Below are positions 28,536-38,820 of a stretch of DNA of 64,000 bases, in pieces. The notes under the pieces were generated by a model, which ran no database searches, had not been told where the DNA came from, and worked only from the letters and a program-made list of their open reading frames with translations. The position numbers and the translations under genes were made by a program. Location of the stretch: contig OZ241329.1 of NCBI GenBank assembly GCA_965199825.1, forward strand, positions 2,656,001 to 2,720,000, written 5' to 3'. The DNA is from Bdellovibrionales bacterium. Its GTDB lineage: Bacteria > Bdellovibrionota > Bdellovibrionia > Bdellovibrionales > UBA1609. Positions within the stretch are counted from its first letter, which is position 1, and the number at the start of each line of letters is the position of its first letter.

Positions 28536-30561
28536 CTTTACTCCCTAAGGTCAGTTGGATCATCTCGATGCGTTTGATCTCATCACGAATGTTTGCGGCT
28601 TGCTCAAAATCCAAATCATCAGCCGCTTTGCGCATTTTTTTACGCAGCTTTAAAACTTCTTTTTCTAATTTTTCGGTCGGCACATCCGCAATTTTTTTTG
28701 CCAACAATTCATCATTGGGTGTGGCGTTCACATCAAAACCATAGATTTCGATTAATCGTTTGCCAATTTTTTTCTCAATCGTTTTTGGGGTGATGCCATG
28801 CTCAGTATTGTATTTTTCTTGTAAGATCCGGCGTCTAGCCGTTTCAGACATCGCAAGCTTCATCGAGTCGGTCACCGTGTCGCCATAAAGAATCACATGC
28901 CCATTTTGATTGCGCGCGGCTCGACCAATTGTTTGAACCAAAGAGCGCTCGGAACGTAAAAAACCTTCTTTGTCGGCATCAGTGATCGCCACAAGTGAGA
29001 CTTCGGGAATATCTAATCCTTCACGCAGGAGATTAATCCCGATGAGCACATCAAAAATACCAAGGCGCAAATCGCGAATGATCTCTGTGCGCTCAACCGT
29101 TTTGATATCGCTATGAAGATATTTAACCTTTAAACCCAAGCCCTCATAATATTCGGTTAAATCTTCGGCAGTTCTTTTTGTTAAAGTGGTGATCAGTACG
29201 CGCTCTTTTAATGCGATTCGCTTTTTAATTTCACCAAGGAGGTCATCCACTTGATGTCGAGCGGGACGAACCTCAACCGTGGGATCAAGAAGTCCGGTTG
29301 GGCGAATGATCTGTTCAATCACCACACCTCCCGATTTTTCGATCTCATAATTTGCGGGTGTGGCCGAAACATAAACCACGCTATCAAGATAGCTTTCAAA
29401 TTCTTGAAAATTGAGCGGACGATTGTCTAACGCTGAGGGCAACCGGAAACCATAATCCACAAGCGTTGATTTTCGCGCACGATCGCCGCGATACATCCCG
29501 CCCACTTGGCTCACGGTCACATGGCTCTCATCCACAAACAAAAGCCAATCTTTGGGAAAATATTCAAGCAAGGTCGGTGGCGGCTCATCGGGATTTCGAC
29601 CGGTGAAGTGGCGCGAGTAGTTTTCGATCCCAGGGCAACTTCCCATTTCTTGAATCAATTCGAGATCGTATTGAACACGACTCTCGATTCTTTCGGCCTC
29701 AATGAGGCGCATTTCTCTTTTATAAAATTGCAATCGATCTCGCAATTCATCACGAATGGTTTCTATCGCATTTTTTTTGCGATCGTCCGAGCTCACGTAA
29801 TGGCTTCCGGGAAAAATCGCCACTTGATCAAGTTCTTCCAAAACTTTTGCTCTGAGTGGGTCAACCCAAGAAATTTTGTCGATGTAGTCACCAAAAAATT
29901 CGACCCGAATTGCGCGTACCTCTTCGTAAGGCGGCATCACTTCGACCACATCGCCCCGCACCCGAAATGTACCGCGATGAAAATCCACATCATTTCTGGT
30001 GTACTGAATGCGAACAAGCTCCCTTAAAAAGGTATCTCTTCTGACCTCTTGATTGACACTCATCAAGATCATCATACCTTCGTACGCCTCAGGGCTTCCC
30101 AAACCGTAGATGCAGGAAACCGAACTCACAATAATCACATCGCGACGCTCAAAAAGCGAGCGCGTGGCCGAGTGTCTCATCCGGTCAATCTGGTCATTGA
30201 TGGCCGAATCTTTTTCGATAAAAGTATCTGACGATGGCACGTAGGCTTCGGGCTGGTAGTAATCGTAGTAACTGACAAAGTACTCCACCGCATTTTTTGG
30301 AAAGAGTTCTTTAAATTCGGCAAAGAGCTGGGCCGCCAAAGTTTTATTAGGCGCCAACACAAGTGTCGGCAAATTCATTTTTTGAATCACCTTGGCCATT
30401 GTAAATGTTTTTCCGGAGCCCGTGACTCCGAGTAACACCTGATGCTTTTGATTTTTTTTAATATTATCGACTAGCGTTTCAATGGCCGCGGGTTGATCGC
30501 CGGCGGGCTCAAATTTTGATTCCAATTGAAAATGAGCAATGGGCCCTTTACTTGGTCGCAT
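28510..30561 (-). CDS. uvrB: Excinuclease ABC subunit B
   Basis: 'PAGDQP', '[10 protein letters not shown]', '[14 protein letters not shown]', 'DESH', '[10 protein letters not shown]', C-terminal UVR domain. Confidence 0.98.
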   Translation of the reverse strand: MRPSKGPIAHFQLESKFEPAGDQPAAIETLVDNIKKNQKHQVLLGVTGSGKTFTMAKVIQKMNLPTLVLAPNKTLAAQLFAEFKELFPKNAVEYFVSYYDYYQPEAYVPSSDTFIEKDSAINDQIDRMRHSATRSLFERRDVIIVSSVSCIYGLGSPEAYEGMMILMSVNQEVRRDTFLRELVRIQYTRNDVDFHRGTFRVRGDVVEVMPPYEEVRAIRVEFFGDYIDKISWVDPLRAKVLEELDQVAIFPGSHYVSSDDRKKNAIETIRDELRDRLQFYKREMRLIEAERIESRVQYDLELIQEMGSCPGIENYSRHFTGRNPDEPPPTLLEYFPKDWLLFVDESHVTVSQVGGMYRGDRARKSTLVDYGFRLPSALDNRPLNFQEFESYLDSVVYVSATPANYEIEKSGGVVIEQIIRPTGLLDPTVEVRPARHQVDDLLGEIKKRIALKERVLITTLTKRTAEDLTEYYEGLGLKVKYLHSDIKTVERTEIIRDLRLGIFDVLIGINLLREGLDIPEVSLVAITDADKEGFLRSERSLVQTIGRAARNQNGHVILYGDTVTDSMKLAMSETARRRILQEKYNTEHGITPKTIEKKIGKRLIEIYGFDVNATPNDELLAKKIADVPTEKLEKEVLKLRKKMRKAADDLDFEQAANIRDEIKRIEMIQLTLGSKDDPLEGPQ

Positions 30562-32007
30562 CTATTTATCAACCTCCCAAAGAGTTCCTTCGGCGTTATC
30601 TTGCAGACGAATACCAAGATTTTTAAGTTCATCTCGCAATTGGTCTGAAGTTTTAAAATCTTTGTTTTTGCGGGCTTCAATTCGGAGTAAAACTTTTTGA
30701 TCAATATCTTGGCGATTTAATTTTTTGGCCGCTAAAAGCATATCGTCGAGAGTGGTTAAAAATTCTTTTGGTGGTTCTTGAAACAAACTTAAAAGCTTGC
30801 CACGCTCAGTAATAAATTTAAAAAACACATTTGCCGAAGCCTTTGCCGCTTCGCTTTTTAAATTGGCTTCACCATTAAATGTTCTCACCAACTCAAACAG
30901 GCGGGCCATCATTTCGGCCGTGTTGAAATCATCATCGAGGGCTTTTTCAAATCCTTGATCCGCCTGTTCGAAAGCTTTTTCCATCACAGCATTGATAGGC
31001 ATCAGAGAGGCACTGTCACTTAAGCGTTGAGCAAGGGCGAGGCTTGAATAAATACGGGCAAGTGCGGTGATTGCGTGGGCAACCGCTTGATCTGATAAAT
31101 CCATCGGACTGCGGTAGTGAACACTTAAAACCATAAATTTTAAAATCTCTGGATTGTAGGTGGTCATAAATCCACGACCGGTCACCACATTGCCCAAAGA
31201 TTTAGACATTTTGGCTTGGCCAAATTGAACCATATTGTTGTGCATCCAGTAGCGCACAAAAGGTTTTTGATTGAGGGCTTCGCTTTGGGCTTTTTCATTT
31301 TCGTGATGGGGAAAAAGCAAATCCATTCCGCCGCCATGAATATCAATGCTGTCACCAAGAAGACTTTTGATCATTGCCGAGCATTCGATATGCCAGCCGG
31401 GCCTGCCCTCGCCCCAGGGCGAAGACCAAAAAGGCTCACCCGGTTTTGATTTTTTCCATAGAGCAAAATCACTCACGTGTTTTTTTCGCTGATCGATTTC
31501 AATTCGAAATCCTGCGGCCAGATCATCTAAATTTTTATGGCTAAGCTCACCATATTTTTTGAATTTTTCTACCGAAAAATAAACATCACCCGCGATTTCG
31601 TACGCCACACCCAAATCAATCAATGATTTTACGAACTCAATGATCGGAGCCATAAATTCGGTCACTTTGGGATTGAGCGAATGTTTTTTTAATCCCAGGG
31701 CTTTAAAATCTTTTTCGAATTCAGAAATATAAAATTCAGAAACTTCGGTGCTCGATTTTTTTTCGCTCGCAGCTTTTTTTATGATGCGGTCATCCACATC
31801 GGTGTAGTTGTAAACAAATTCAACTTTAAAACCTTTGTGCTCTAGCCAGTTGCGCACCAAATTAAAAAAAATGGGCCCGCGAAAATTACCCACATGAAGA
31901 AGATCATAAACGGTCGGTCCACAGACATACATCTTCACTTGGTCGGGAACGATTGAGACAAAATCTTCTTTTTTTTGGGTCAGAGAATTATAAATTTTGA
32001 GTCTCAC
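30562..32007 (-). CDS. cysS: Cysteine-tRNA ligase
   Basis: '[13 protein letters not shown]', '[12 protein letters not shown]', 'FPHHENE', 'KMSKS'. Confidence 0.98.
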   Translation of the reverse strand: MRLKIYNSLTQKKEDFVSIVPDQVKMYVCGPTVYDLLHVGNFRGPIFFNLVRNWLEHKGFKVEFVYNYTDVDDRIIKKAASEKKSSTEVSEFYISEFEKDFKALGLKKHSLNPKVTEFMAPIIEFVKSLIDLGVAYEIAGDVYFSVEKFKKYGELSHKNLDDLAAGFRIEIDQRKKHVSDFALWKKSKPGEPFWSSPWGEGRPGWHIECSAMIKSLLGDSIDIHGGGMDLLFPHHENEKAQSEALNQKPFVRYWMHNNMVQFGQAKMSKSLGNVVTGRGFMTTYNPEILKFMVLSVHYRSPMDLSDQAVAHAITALARIYSSLALAQRLSDSASLMPINAVMEKAFEQADQGFEKALDDDFNTAEMMARLFELVRTFNGEANLKSEAAKASANVFFKFITERGKLLSLFQEPPKEFLTTLDDMLLAAKKLNRQDIDQKVLLRIEARKNKDFKTSDQLRDELKNLGIRLQDNAEGTLWEVDK

Positions 32008-32010
32008 GGC

Positions 32011-33474
32011 TTAAACATTCTTCAAAGTTTGATCGGCACGTTTAACCAAGACATCTTTGTGAAGCAGCGGCACAAGGTGTTTGAGCTCTGCTCCTTGGGG
32101 CATCCCAATCACCGCCACACGGATAGGCATAAATAAAAATTTACCCTTAACCGCACAATGATCTTTAACCTGATCTTGGATTTTTAAAAATTCGTCTTCA
32201 GACATAAAATCATGCTTTAAAGCTTGAACCGAATTTTTCCAAGTTTCGATCACCGACTTTGAATGCTCCCATTTTAAAACATCCGCACTTTCGGCAGTGA
32301 ATTGAAGATCGCTCTCAGAGAGATGTTCAAACAAAGGAACCGCATCGGCCAATGTTTCCATTGATGTCTTAAATAAATCCAACGCCTTTTCTTGCCAACT
32401 CTCATCGCTAGAAAATTTGAGTCCCGCTTTATCAAAAAAAGGTTTTAGACTTGCCCAAAGCTCTTTTGGTTTTAAATGCCTTAAATGTTCAGCATTCATC
32501 CACTTCAGTTTGACCTCGTCAAACACCGCAGCCGCCGCATGCAGACGGTCCACACCGAACTCTTTGCACATCTGCTCCATCGATAAAATTTCTTGATGGC
32601 TTGGCGAACTCCAACCTAAGAGAGCAATAAAGTTATTGAGCGACTCGGCAAGATATCCCCGTTCACGAAATTCGTTACACGAAGTGGCCCCATGGCGTTT
32701 AGATAATTTTTGTTTATCGGCACCTAAAATAATTGAGAGATGCCCAAATTGTGGCAATGGAAAATGAAGTGCCTCATAGATCATCATTTGTCTTAAGGTA
32801 TTGCTCAAATGCTCTTCGGCTCGAAGCACATGGGTGATCTTCATCAACGCATCATCCACCGCACAACAAAAGTTATAGACCGGCATATCGTTTGAGCGAA
32901 TCAAAACAAAATCGCCCACCATGTCGGAAGGAAAAGTAACCTCGCCACGAACCAAATCATGAAGAACAAAGTCGCGCTTTTCTTGTGGTGTTTTAAAACG
33001 TACGACTGGCTTTTCGCCCGCCGCTATTTTTTTTTGCGCCTCTTCTTTTGTGCCCTCGCGAAAGGGCGAGTTCACTTGGGGAGGTCGACCTTCACTGATT
33101 GCTTTATTTTTTTGCTCTTCAATTTCTTGATCACTCAAAAAGCAATAATAAGCATGGCCAGAATCGATTAATTTTTCGGCATATTCTTTATAAATAGATT
33201 TTCTTTGGCTCTGGCGATAAGGACCATTGGGCCCAACATCTTTTAACGTCTGAGGATCGATACCTTCGTCCCATTTTAATCCAAGCCATTCGAGGTCCTT
33301 GATTTGAAGCCGCAAAGATTCTTCGGTTGACCGCTCAAGGTCTGTGTCTTCAATACGAAGGATAAATTTCCCACCATTTTTTTTGGCAAATAAATAATTA
33401 TAAAGAGCTGTGCGGGCCCCACCAACGTGCAGATAACCTGTAGGTGACGGTGCAAAGCGAACACGAATTTCCAT
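32011..33474 (-). CDS. gltX: Glutamate-tRNA ligase
   Basis: 'RFAPSPTGYLHVGGARTAL', 'RIEDTD', 'KLSKR'. Confidence 0.98.
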   Translation of the reverse strand: MEIRVRFAPSPTGYLHVGGARTALYNYLFAKKNGGKFILRIEDTDLERSTEESLRLQIKDLEWLGLKWDEGIDPQTLKDVGPNGPYRQSQRKSIYKEYAEKLIDSGHAYYCFLSDQEIEEQKNKAISEGRPPQVNSPFREGTKEEAQKKIAAGEKPVVRFKTPQEKRDFVLHDLVRGEVTFPSDMVGDFVLIRSNDMPVYNFCCAVDDALMKITHVLRAEEHLSNTLRQMMIYEALHFPLPQFGHLSIILGADKQKLSKRHGATSCNEFRERGYLAESLNNFIALLGWSSPSHQEILSMEQMCKEFGVDRLHAAAAVFDEVKLKWMNAEHLRHLKPKELWASLKPFFDKAGLKFSSDESWQEKALDLFKTSMETLADAVPLFEHLSESDLQFTAESADVLKWEHSKSVIETWKNSVQALKHDFMSEDEFLKIQDQVKDHCAVKGKFLFMPIRVAVIGMPQGAELKHLVPLLHKDVLVKRADQTLKNV

Positions 33475-33648
33475 TTTAACTCCTGAAAAAGAACTGAATT
33501 GCCGAGGAGACTAGCGTGAGAATGAAGAGTTGTCGAAAGCATTCGTCTTTGTTTGAGACAGCAAAAGCCTCAAGTTGAAACACTCTTAAGATTGTTTCTG
33601 GATGATCCGTTTTATTGATTTATACTAAATGTATCGAAGGGGACCCCA

Positions 33649-35034
33649 ATGACTCAAAAACGAAAAGTTCAATTATTTATTGCATGCAGCTTTATTATGG
33701 CGAGCTTCCAAGCTTGCGGTCCAATTGGGCAACCTTTGAGCGGTCCAAACAGCGGTCTATCTGCTGGCACACCGAGCACCGGAACGGGCTCAGGCACTGG
33801 TAGCGGCACAGGTTCGGCGGGAACGCCTCAACCTGGAGTTTCGATGCCGCCCACTTCGGGAAGCTCTTCGAACTCTTCGAATTCGCCGGGCAACACCACA
33901 ACACCACCGAGCAGCGGCTCATCGAATAGCGGTGGGACAACAACAACTCCACCTCAAGGTTCTACGGTTCCAAGCTCGCAATCTTACATGGCGGATCCCA
34001 CTGTTACTGGACACACTTTAGAAGTGTGCGACACCTGTGCATATACAACAATTGCTCAGGCTGCGAGTGCTTTAACCGATGGCGATACAATGAACATCCA
34101 CGTCAATGCTAATGATTATACAAACTGTGCCTGGATTGGTGCTAACAATGTCATCCTTCATGGTGTGATTGACGGCAATGGCAAAAGACCACACTTGCGT
34201 GACAACATCTGTGGGCAAAAAGGCTTAATTGTTCAAACTGGCGCTAATGTTTTGATCGAGAATTTAGAATTAAGTGGCGGGCGCAATGGCAATTCGAGCG
34301 ACGGCAGCAACTACGCAGGTATTCGTCTTGATACAAACAGCAACACTCGAAATCTAAAAGTCCGCAACTGCGTCATCCATGACTCTGATGACGGCATATT
34401 AGGAAACGATAACGATATTGTGAGTGGGGTTGATAACCAAGTTGTAGTTGAGAATTCAATTTTTTATAACAACGGACGACTCGGTTATGCCCATGGCCTT
34501 TATATTGGTCACGGTGTCACAAACTTCGTATTTAGAAATTCCGTGTCTTACACTAACACCTCGGATGGTCATCTTTTAAAGTCACGGGCACTTAATAACA
34601 CTGTAGAATGCAGCACCCTTGCTTCACTTAATGGTGTTAATAGCTACGCTGTCGATTTCCCAGTGGGCGGAACCACTGTGGTCAGAAATTCTGTGATTGA
34701 ACAAGGTCCCAACCTTTCGAACAGCGGCGATTTCTTTATTCGCTACGGTGAAGAGATTGGAAGCTTTGGTGACAATGGTGGTGGTCGCAGTCTCTCGGTT
34801 CAGAACACTTATTTCGTGAACGACTACGGCTCATCTGGAAAACTTGATATCGTATCTGGATCCGCTACCCCAAGCTGGAGTGGAAACACTTTTGCCGGCA
34901 ACGGTGGAAGCCTGAATATCAACAATGGGTCAGGAGCAACCTCATTTACAAACTATGCTTCGCGATCAGCCGCAAGTTTATCAGCTTACGACGGAACCCT
35001 AGCGTCGCTCCCCGCAACGCCAGTGTGTCAGTAA
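33649..35034 (+). CDS. Lipoprotein with Ser/Gly/Thr-rich linker and right-handed beta-helix (pectate-lyase-like) domain
   Basis: Lipobox 'FQAC'; low-complexity linker; 'AGIR', 'HDSDDGILG', 'HGLYIG', 'GHLLKSRA'. Confidence 0.75.
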   Translation: MTQKRKVQLFIACSFIMASFQACGPIGQPLSGPNSGLSAGTPSTGTGSGTGSGTGSAGTPQPGVSMPPTSGSSSNSSNSPGNTTTPPSSGSSNSGGTTTTPPQGSTVPSSQSYMADPTVTGHTLEVCDTCAYTTIAQAASALTDGDTMNIHVNANDYTNCAWIGANNVILHGVIDGNGKRPHLRDNICGQKGLIVQTGANVLIENLELSGGRNGNSSDGSNYAGIRLDTNSNTRNLKVRNCVIHDSDDGILGNDNDIVSGVDNQVVVENSIFYNNGRLGYAHGLYIGHGVTNFVFRNSVSYTNTSDGHLLKSRALNNTVECSTLASLNGVNSYAVDFPVGGTTVVRNSVIEQGPNLSNSGDFFIRYGEEIGSFGDNGGGRSLSVQNTYFVNDYGSSGKLDIVSGSATPSWSGNTFAGNGGSLNINNGSGATSFTNYASRSAASLSAYDGTLASLPATPVCQ

Positions 35035-35523
35035 TTATAAACCGAAAATGGCCCGGACATCGTCTTGGGCCTGAAGTTCTGCAGCACTTGTAGCGAGCGA
35101 CAACTCTTTAAGTAAAAGGCCGCGTGCGGTATCAAGCATTTTGCGTTCACCAAAGCTCAGTTCTTTATCCACTTTCAACACGAACAAATCTCTCAAAACT
35201 TCGGCGATCTCATAGACCGATCCGGTTTTGATTTTTTCCATGTATTCGCGATAACGACGATTCCAAGTTTGATTATCAATTTTGACATCATCTTGTTTTA
35301 AGATTTCGATCACCTTTGCGGCTTCATCGCGCGAAATGATTGGACGTAAACCAACCGCTTCGGCATTGTCACAAGGGACCATAATCTTCATTCCGCTTTC
35401 TAAAACTTGAATGCAATAGAAGGTCTGTTTGTTACCAAAGATCTCTTTGGTCTCGATTGCTGTAACTTTGCCGACTCCGTGGCCAGGATAAACAGCGTTG
35501 TCCCCAACTTTAAAAGTTGCCAT
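35035..35523 (-). CDS. carD: CarD/CdnL family RNA-polymerase-binding regulator
   Basis: Start ATG 35523 (GGAGG RBS); 'FKVGDNAVYPGHGVG', 'TWNRRYRE', 'LSFGERKML'. Confidence 0.93.
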   Translation of the reverse strand: MATFKVGDNAVYPGHGVGKVTAIETKEIFGNKQTFYCIQVLESGMKIMVPCDNAEAVGLRPIISRDEAAKVIEILKQDDVKIDNQTWNRRYREYMEKIKTGSVYEIAEVLRDLFVLKVDKELSFGERKMLDTARGLLLKELSLATSAAELQAQDDVRAIFGL

Positions 35524-35713
35524 CAATAAACCTCCTATGGATGGATGAAAAAGGCTTTCGAACGAATCGAAGTTTATACCACCCGTGACACGACTTATCA
35601 ACCGTCGAACATCCAAACGACGAGTAAGTATTTTTTTTAAACCCTTAGCCCTGCTGATGTTCAGCGGTTTCTCACTTTAAGTTTCATTGAACACTGCAGA
35701 TTAAGGACCAGGT

Positions 35714-37789
35714 CTAGGCCACAAATTTGAGTCCCTTGTGCTCTAGAAACGACTTCATTTGTTGATGCTCAAGAGTTGAGAGATTGGCATCCCGGGCAAG
35801 AACTTCAAAAGCGGCATCGCGCGCCAATTGAAGAAGTTCGGCATCACGAATCAAATTCGCAATTTTAAATCCAAAAAGTCCAGATTGCTTGGTCCCGAGC
35901 ATCTCACCCGGACCCCGAATGGCCAGATCCTCTTCGGCAATGACAAACCCATCCGTGGTGGATTCCATAATTTCTGCACGGTGAATCGACTCCTCGCTCA
36001 CCGCATAGCCAAGCACCAACACACAAAAGCTTTTATGTTTACCTCGTCCGACCCGGCCCCGCAATTGATGAAGCTGCGAAAGACCAAAGCGCTCGGCATG
36101 TTCAATCACAATGATATTTGAATTGGGCACATCCACGCCGACTTCGATCACAGTCGTGCTCACCAAAACATCAATCTTGTGATCGCGAAACTCGCCCATG
36201 ATTTTATCTTTTTCTTCCGCCTTCATGCGGCCATGAAGTAAACCCACCGAAAAATCTTTGAAGCGCAATTTGTGAGCTTCGAATTCGGCCATCGCGTTTT
36301 TGAGATCCAATTTTTCGCTCTCTTCGACTAATGGATAAACGATGTAGGCCTGTCTGCCGCTTTTGAGTTGGGTTTCGACAAAATCAAAAACTTGAGGTCG
36401 TTTTGCCGCAAAAGCTTTTTTGGTCACGATGGGTTGGCGACCTTTTGGGAGCTCTCGCAAAATTGAAACATCAAGATCCCCGTACACTGTCATCGCAAGT
36501 GTTCGTGGGATGGGTGTTGCGGTCATCACCAAAAAATGGGGCGAGCGGCCCTTGCTCTGAAGGGTTTGGCGCTGCGAAACTCCAAACCGATGTTGCTCAT
36601 CAACGACCACCAGATTGAGATTTTTGAATTCAACATTTTGTTGAATCAAAGCGTGGGTTCCAACACACACATCCACTTCACCTTTTGCTAATTTCGAGTA
36701 GACCTCACGCTTTTCTTGCGGGCTTAAGGAGCCCGTCAACAGCGCCACCCGAAGACCCAACGGTTCAAGACGGGCTTTGGCATTGCGATAATGTTGATCG
36801 GCCAAAATTTCGGTGGGTACCATCATCGCCGATTGCATGCCGGCCTCGGCCACAAAACAACAACTCAAAAAAGCGACCATGGTTTTGCCACTTCCCACAT
36901 CGCCTTGAACCAAGCGATGCATCGGATGTGCGGCTTTAAGATCATTTTTAATTTCGGCAAAAGTTCTGATCTGACCGGCGGTCAATTCAAACTCCAAAGA
37001 GGCGGTCAGTTTTTGCGAAAGAGTGTCAGGTGTAAGAATCGGTTTTGCAATCTCGCGCTCGATTCCCCGCTTGCGCGCGGCTAACAGCAGTTCGAGCCAA
37101 AAAAATTCTTCAAAAATTAATCGCCGTTGAGAACCACTTGTAAACTTAAAAAGTTGATCGCTGATTTCGGGTGGTGGCTGATGAATCTCTTTGAGAGCTT
37201 CAGATCGCGGCATCAGATTGTATTTTTTGAGTAACCATTGGGGCAGCGACTCGACTTCGAACTCAGCTAAATGCTCGAGTGCGACCGCAATGATCTTCTT
37301 TAATTTTCCGGCCGAGAGCCCTTCTGTTTCGGTGTACAAAGGAAGGATGATGTCACCCGATTCTTCATCGGCGGTAACTGGATGAATGTCTGGATGATGA
37401 AATTCAAGATGACCGCGATAATCTGTGACTCGCCCATTCACCCTCACCATTTGATGCGGCTCGAAGCGATCAAAGTAGCCGCGATACGGAACCCGAAAAA
37501 ATTTGCATGAGATGCGCCCTGTTTCGTCTTTGACAATCACTTCATACATTTTGCGTTTGGATCGACCCAAATTCATTGAGCGCGAAACCAAAATTTGCGC
37601 CTTTAAAGATACAATTTGATTGGCGGATAAGGTCGAAATGCTTTGGGCTTTACGGCGATCTTCATAGGCTCGAGGAAACCACTCAAGCAAATCGCCAATC
37701 GTTTCGACTCCACGTTTACGGAGCACGTCCCCCAACTTTGGGCCAACACCTTTTAAGTACTGAACAGGTGTGTTGATATCGATCGCCAT
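35714..37789 (-). CDS. recG: ATP-dependent DNA helicase RecG
   Basis: 'QGDVGSGKT', 'DEQHRFG', 'MTATPIPRTL', 'QLHQLRGRVGRG', 'RGPGE'. Confidence 0.98.
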   Translation of the reverse strand: MAIDINTPVQYLKGVGPKLGDVLRKRGVETIGDLLEWFPRAYEDRRKAQSISTLSANQIVSLKAQILVSRSMNLGRSKRKMYEVIVKDETGRISCKFFRVPYRGYFDRFEPHQMVRVNGRVTDYRGHLEFHHPDIHPVTADEESGDIILPLYTETEGLSAGKLKKIIAVALEHLAEFEVESLPQWLLKKYNLMPRSEALKEIHQPPPEISDQLFKFTSGSQRRLIFEEFFWLELLLAARKRGIEREIAKPILTPDTLSQKLTASLEFELTAGQIRTFAEIKNDLKAAHPMHRLVQGDVGSGKTMVAFLSCCFVAEAGMQSAMMVPTEILADQHYRNAKARLEPLGLRVALLTGSLSPQEKREVYSKLAKGEVDVCVGTHALIQQNVEFKNLNLVVVDEQHRFGVSQRQTLQSKGRSPHFLVMTATPIPRTLAMTVYGDLDVSILRELPKGRQPIVTKKAFAAKRPQVFDFVETQLKSGRQAYIVYPLVEESEKLDLKNAMAEFEAHKLRFKDFSVGLLHGRMKAEEKDKIMGEFRDHKIDVLVSTTVIEVGVDVPNSNIIVIEHAERFGLSQLHQLRGRVGRGKHKSFCVLVLGYAVSEESIHRAEIMESTTDGFVIAEEDLAIRGPGEMLGTKQSGLFGFKIANLIRDAELLQLARDAAFEVLARDANLSTLEHQQMKSFLEHKGLKFVA

Positions 37790-37818
37790 TTTGATTGTTT
37801 ATATGTCAGAATAAATTG

Positions 37819-38745
37819 ATGTCCACTTCTTATTTCAAGATTCGCGTCGGAAGCCTCGGGGCCTTAGAGCCCCTGCCCTTTGATATTTTTGTTTTGATCA
37901 ACGGCAAACACGTGCACTACTTGAGAAGCGGCGATTCTATTACGAGCGAAAAATTAAATTCTTTTGCACAAAAAGCGGCCGATGTTTTGTTTGTTCAAAA
38001 TGACCAAAAAGAAATTTACCGCAATTATGTTTCAAGATTGATTGCTTCAGATAAAACCTCACCGATCATGAAGGCAAAAATTTTACGCGAGAGTTCGCTT
38101 GCCATGGTTGAGGAACTTTTTGAAACCGATGACGTCGGCCAGGCTTTGTCTGGATCCAAAGTGATCATCAAAAGTTTTATGGAATTTATTGATTCCGATG
38201 CCGATGGCCTGGCCCATCTGATCGGCCTTTCAAGCCATGATTTTTACACCTACAACCACTCACTCGATGTTGGGGTGTACGGTTTAGGCCTTGGCCAACT
38301 TGCGGGCTATTCGGGCAAAGAACTCCAAGAATTGGGCGAAGGCGCTTTGTTTCATGATATCGGTAAACGAAATATTGATGTTCAAATCATTTGTAAGACT
38401 GGTCCTTTAAGCGAATCCGAATGGACCCAGATGCAGATGCATCCGCAATATGGGCTTAAGATTTTGGATGAGCACAATGTGAGCGAAGGTATAAAGGCCT
38501 GTTGCTTTGAGCATCATGAAAGCTTTTTGGGCAACGGTTACCCGCAGCGCTTAGTTGGCGAAGATATTCATCCCATGGCTCGAGTGGTTGCGATCTGTGA
38601 CACCTACGATGCCCTTACTACCAAAAGATCCTACAGCATGCCGATGACCCCAAAAGATGCCCTTAATTTTATGACCACCAAACTCTCGGGCCGCTACGAT
38701 CAAAATCTGCTCAAGGCGATGTACGAAGTCATGTTTAAGATGTGA
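37819..38745 (+). CDS. HD-GYP domain protein (cyclic dinucleotide phosphodiesterase family)
   Basis: 'YTYNHS', 'HDIGK', 'HHESFLGNGYP', 'DTYDALTTKRSY'. Confidence 0.9.
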   Translation: MSTSYFKIRVGSLGALEPLPFDIFVLINGKHVHYLRSGDSITSEKLNSFAQKAADVLFVQNDQKEIYRNYVSRLIASDKTSPIMKAKILRESSLAMVEELFETDDVGQALSGSKVIIKSFMEFIDSDADGLAHLIGLSSHDFYTYNHSLDVGVYGLGLGQLAGYSGKELQELGEGALFHDIGKRNIDVQIICKTGPLSESEWTQMQMHPQYGLKILDEHNVSEGIKACCFEHHESFLGNGYPQRLVGEDIHPMARVVAICDTYDALTTKRSYSMPMTPKDALNFMTTKLSGRYDQNLLKAMYEVMFKM

Positions 38746-38765
38746 GCTACTAATAAAATCAAAAA

Positions 38766-38793
38766 AAAACGTCCGATTTTCATCGGACGTTTT
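38766..38793. terminator. Bidirectional rho-independent terminator
   Basis: AAAACGTCCGAT-TTTC-ATCGGACGTTTT between convergent genes, with a poly-A run on the left. Confidence 0.85.
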
Positions 38794-38820
38794 CGCTATT
38801 TGGAGTAATGAGGCTAGCTC

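Noticed and set aside
29506..30027. 173-aa antisense ORF within uvrB, and similar antisense ORFs in msrAB, recG, gltG-like and ABC-F genes
   Set aside because: No recognisable motifs; explained by codon bias of the sense gene.
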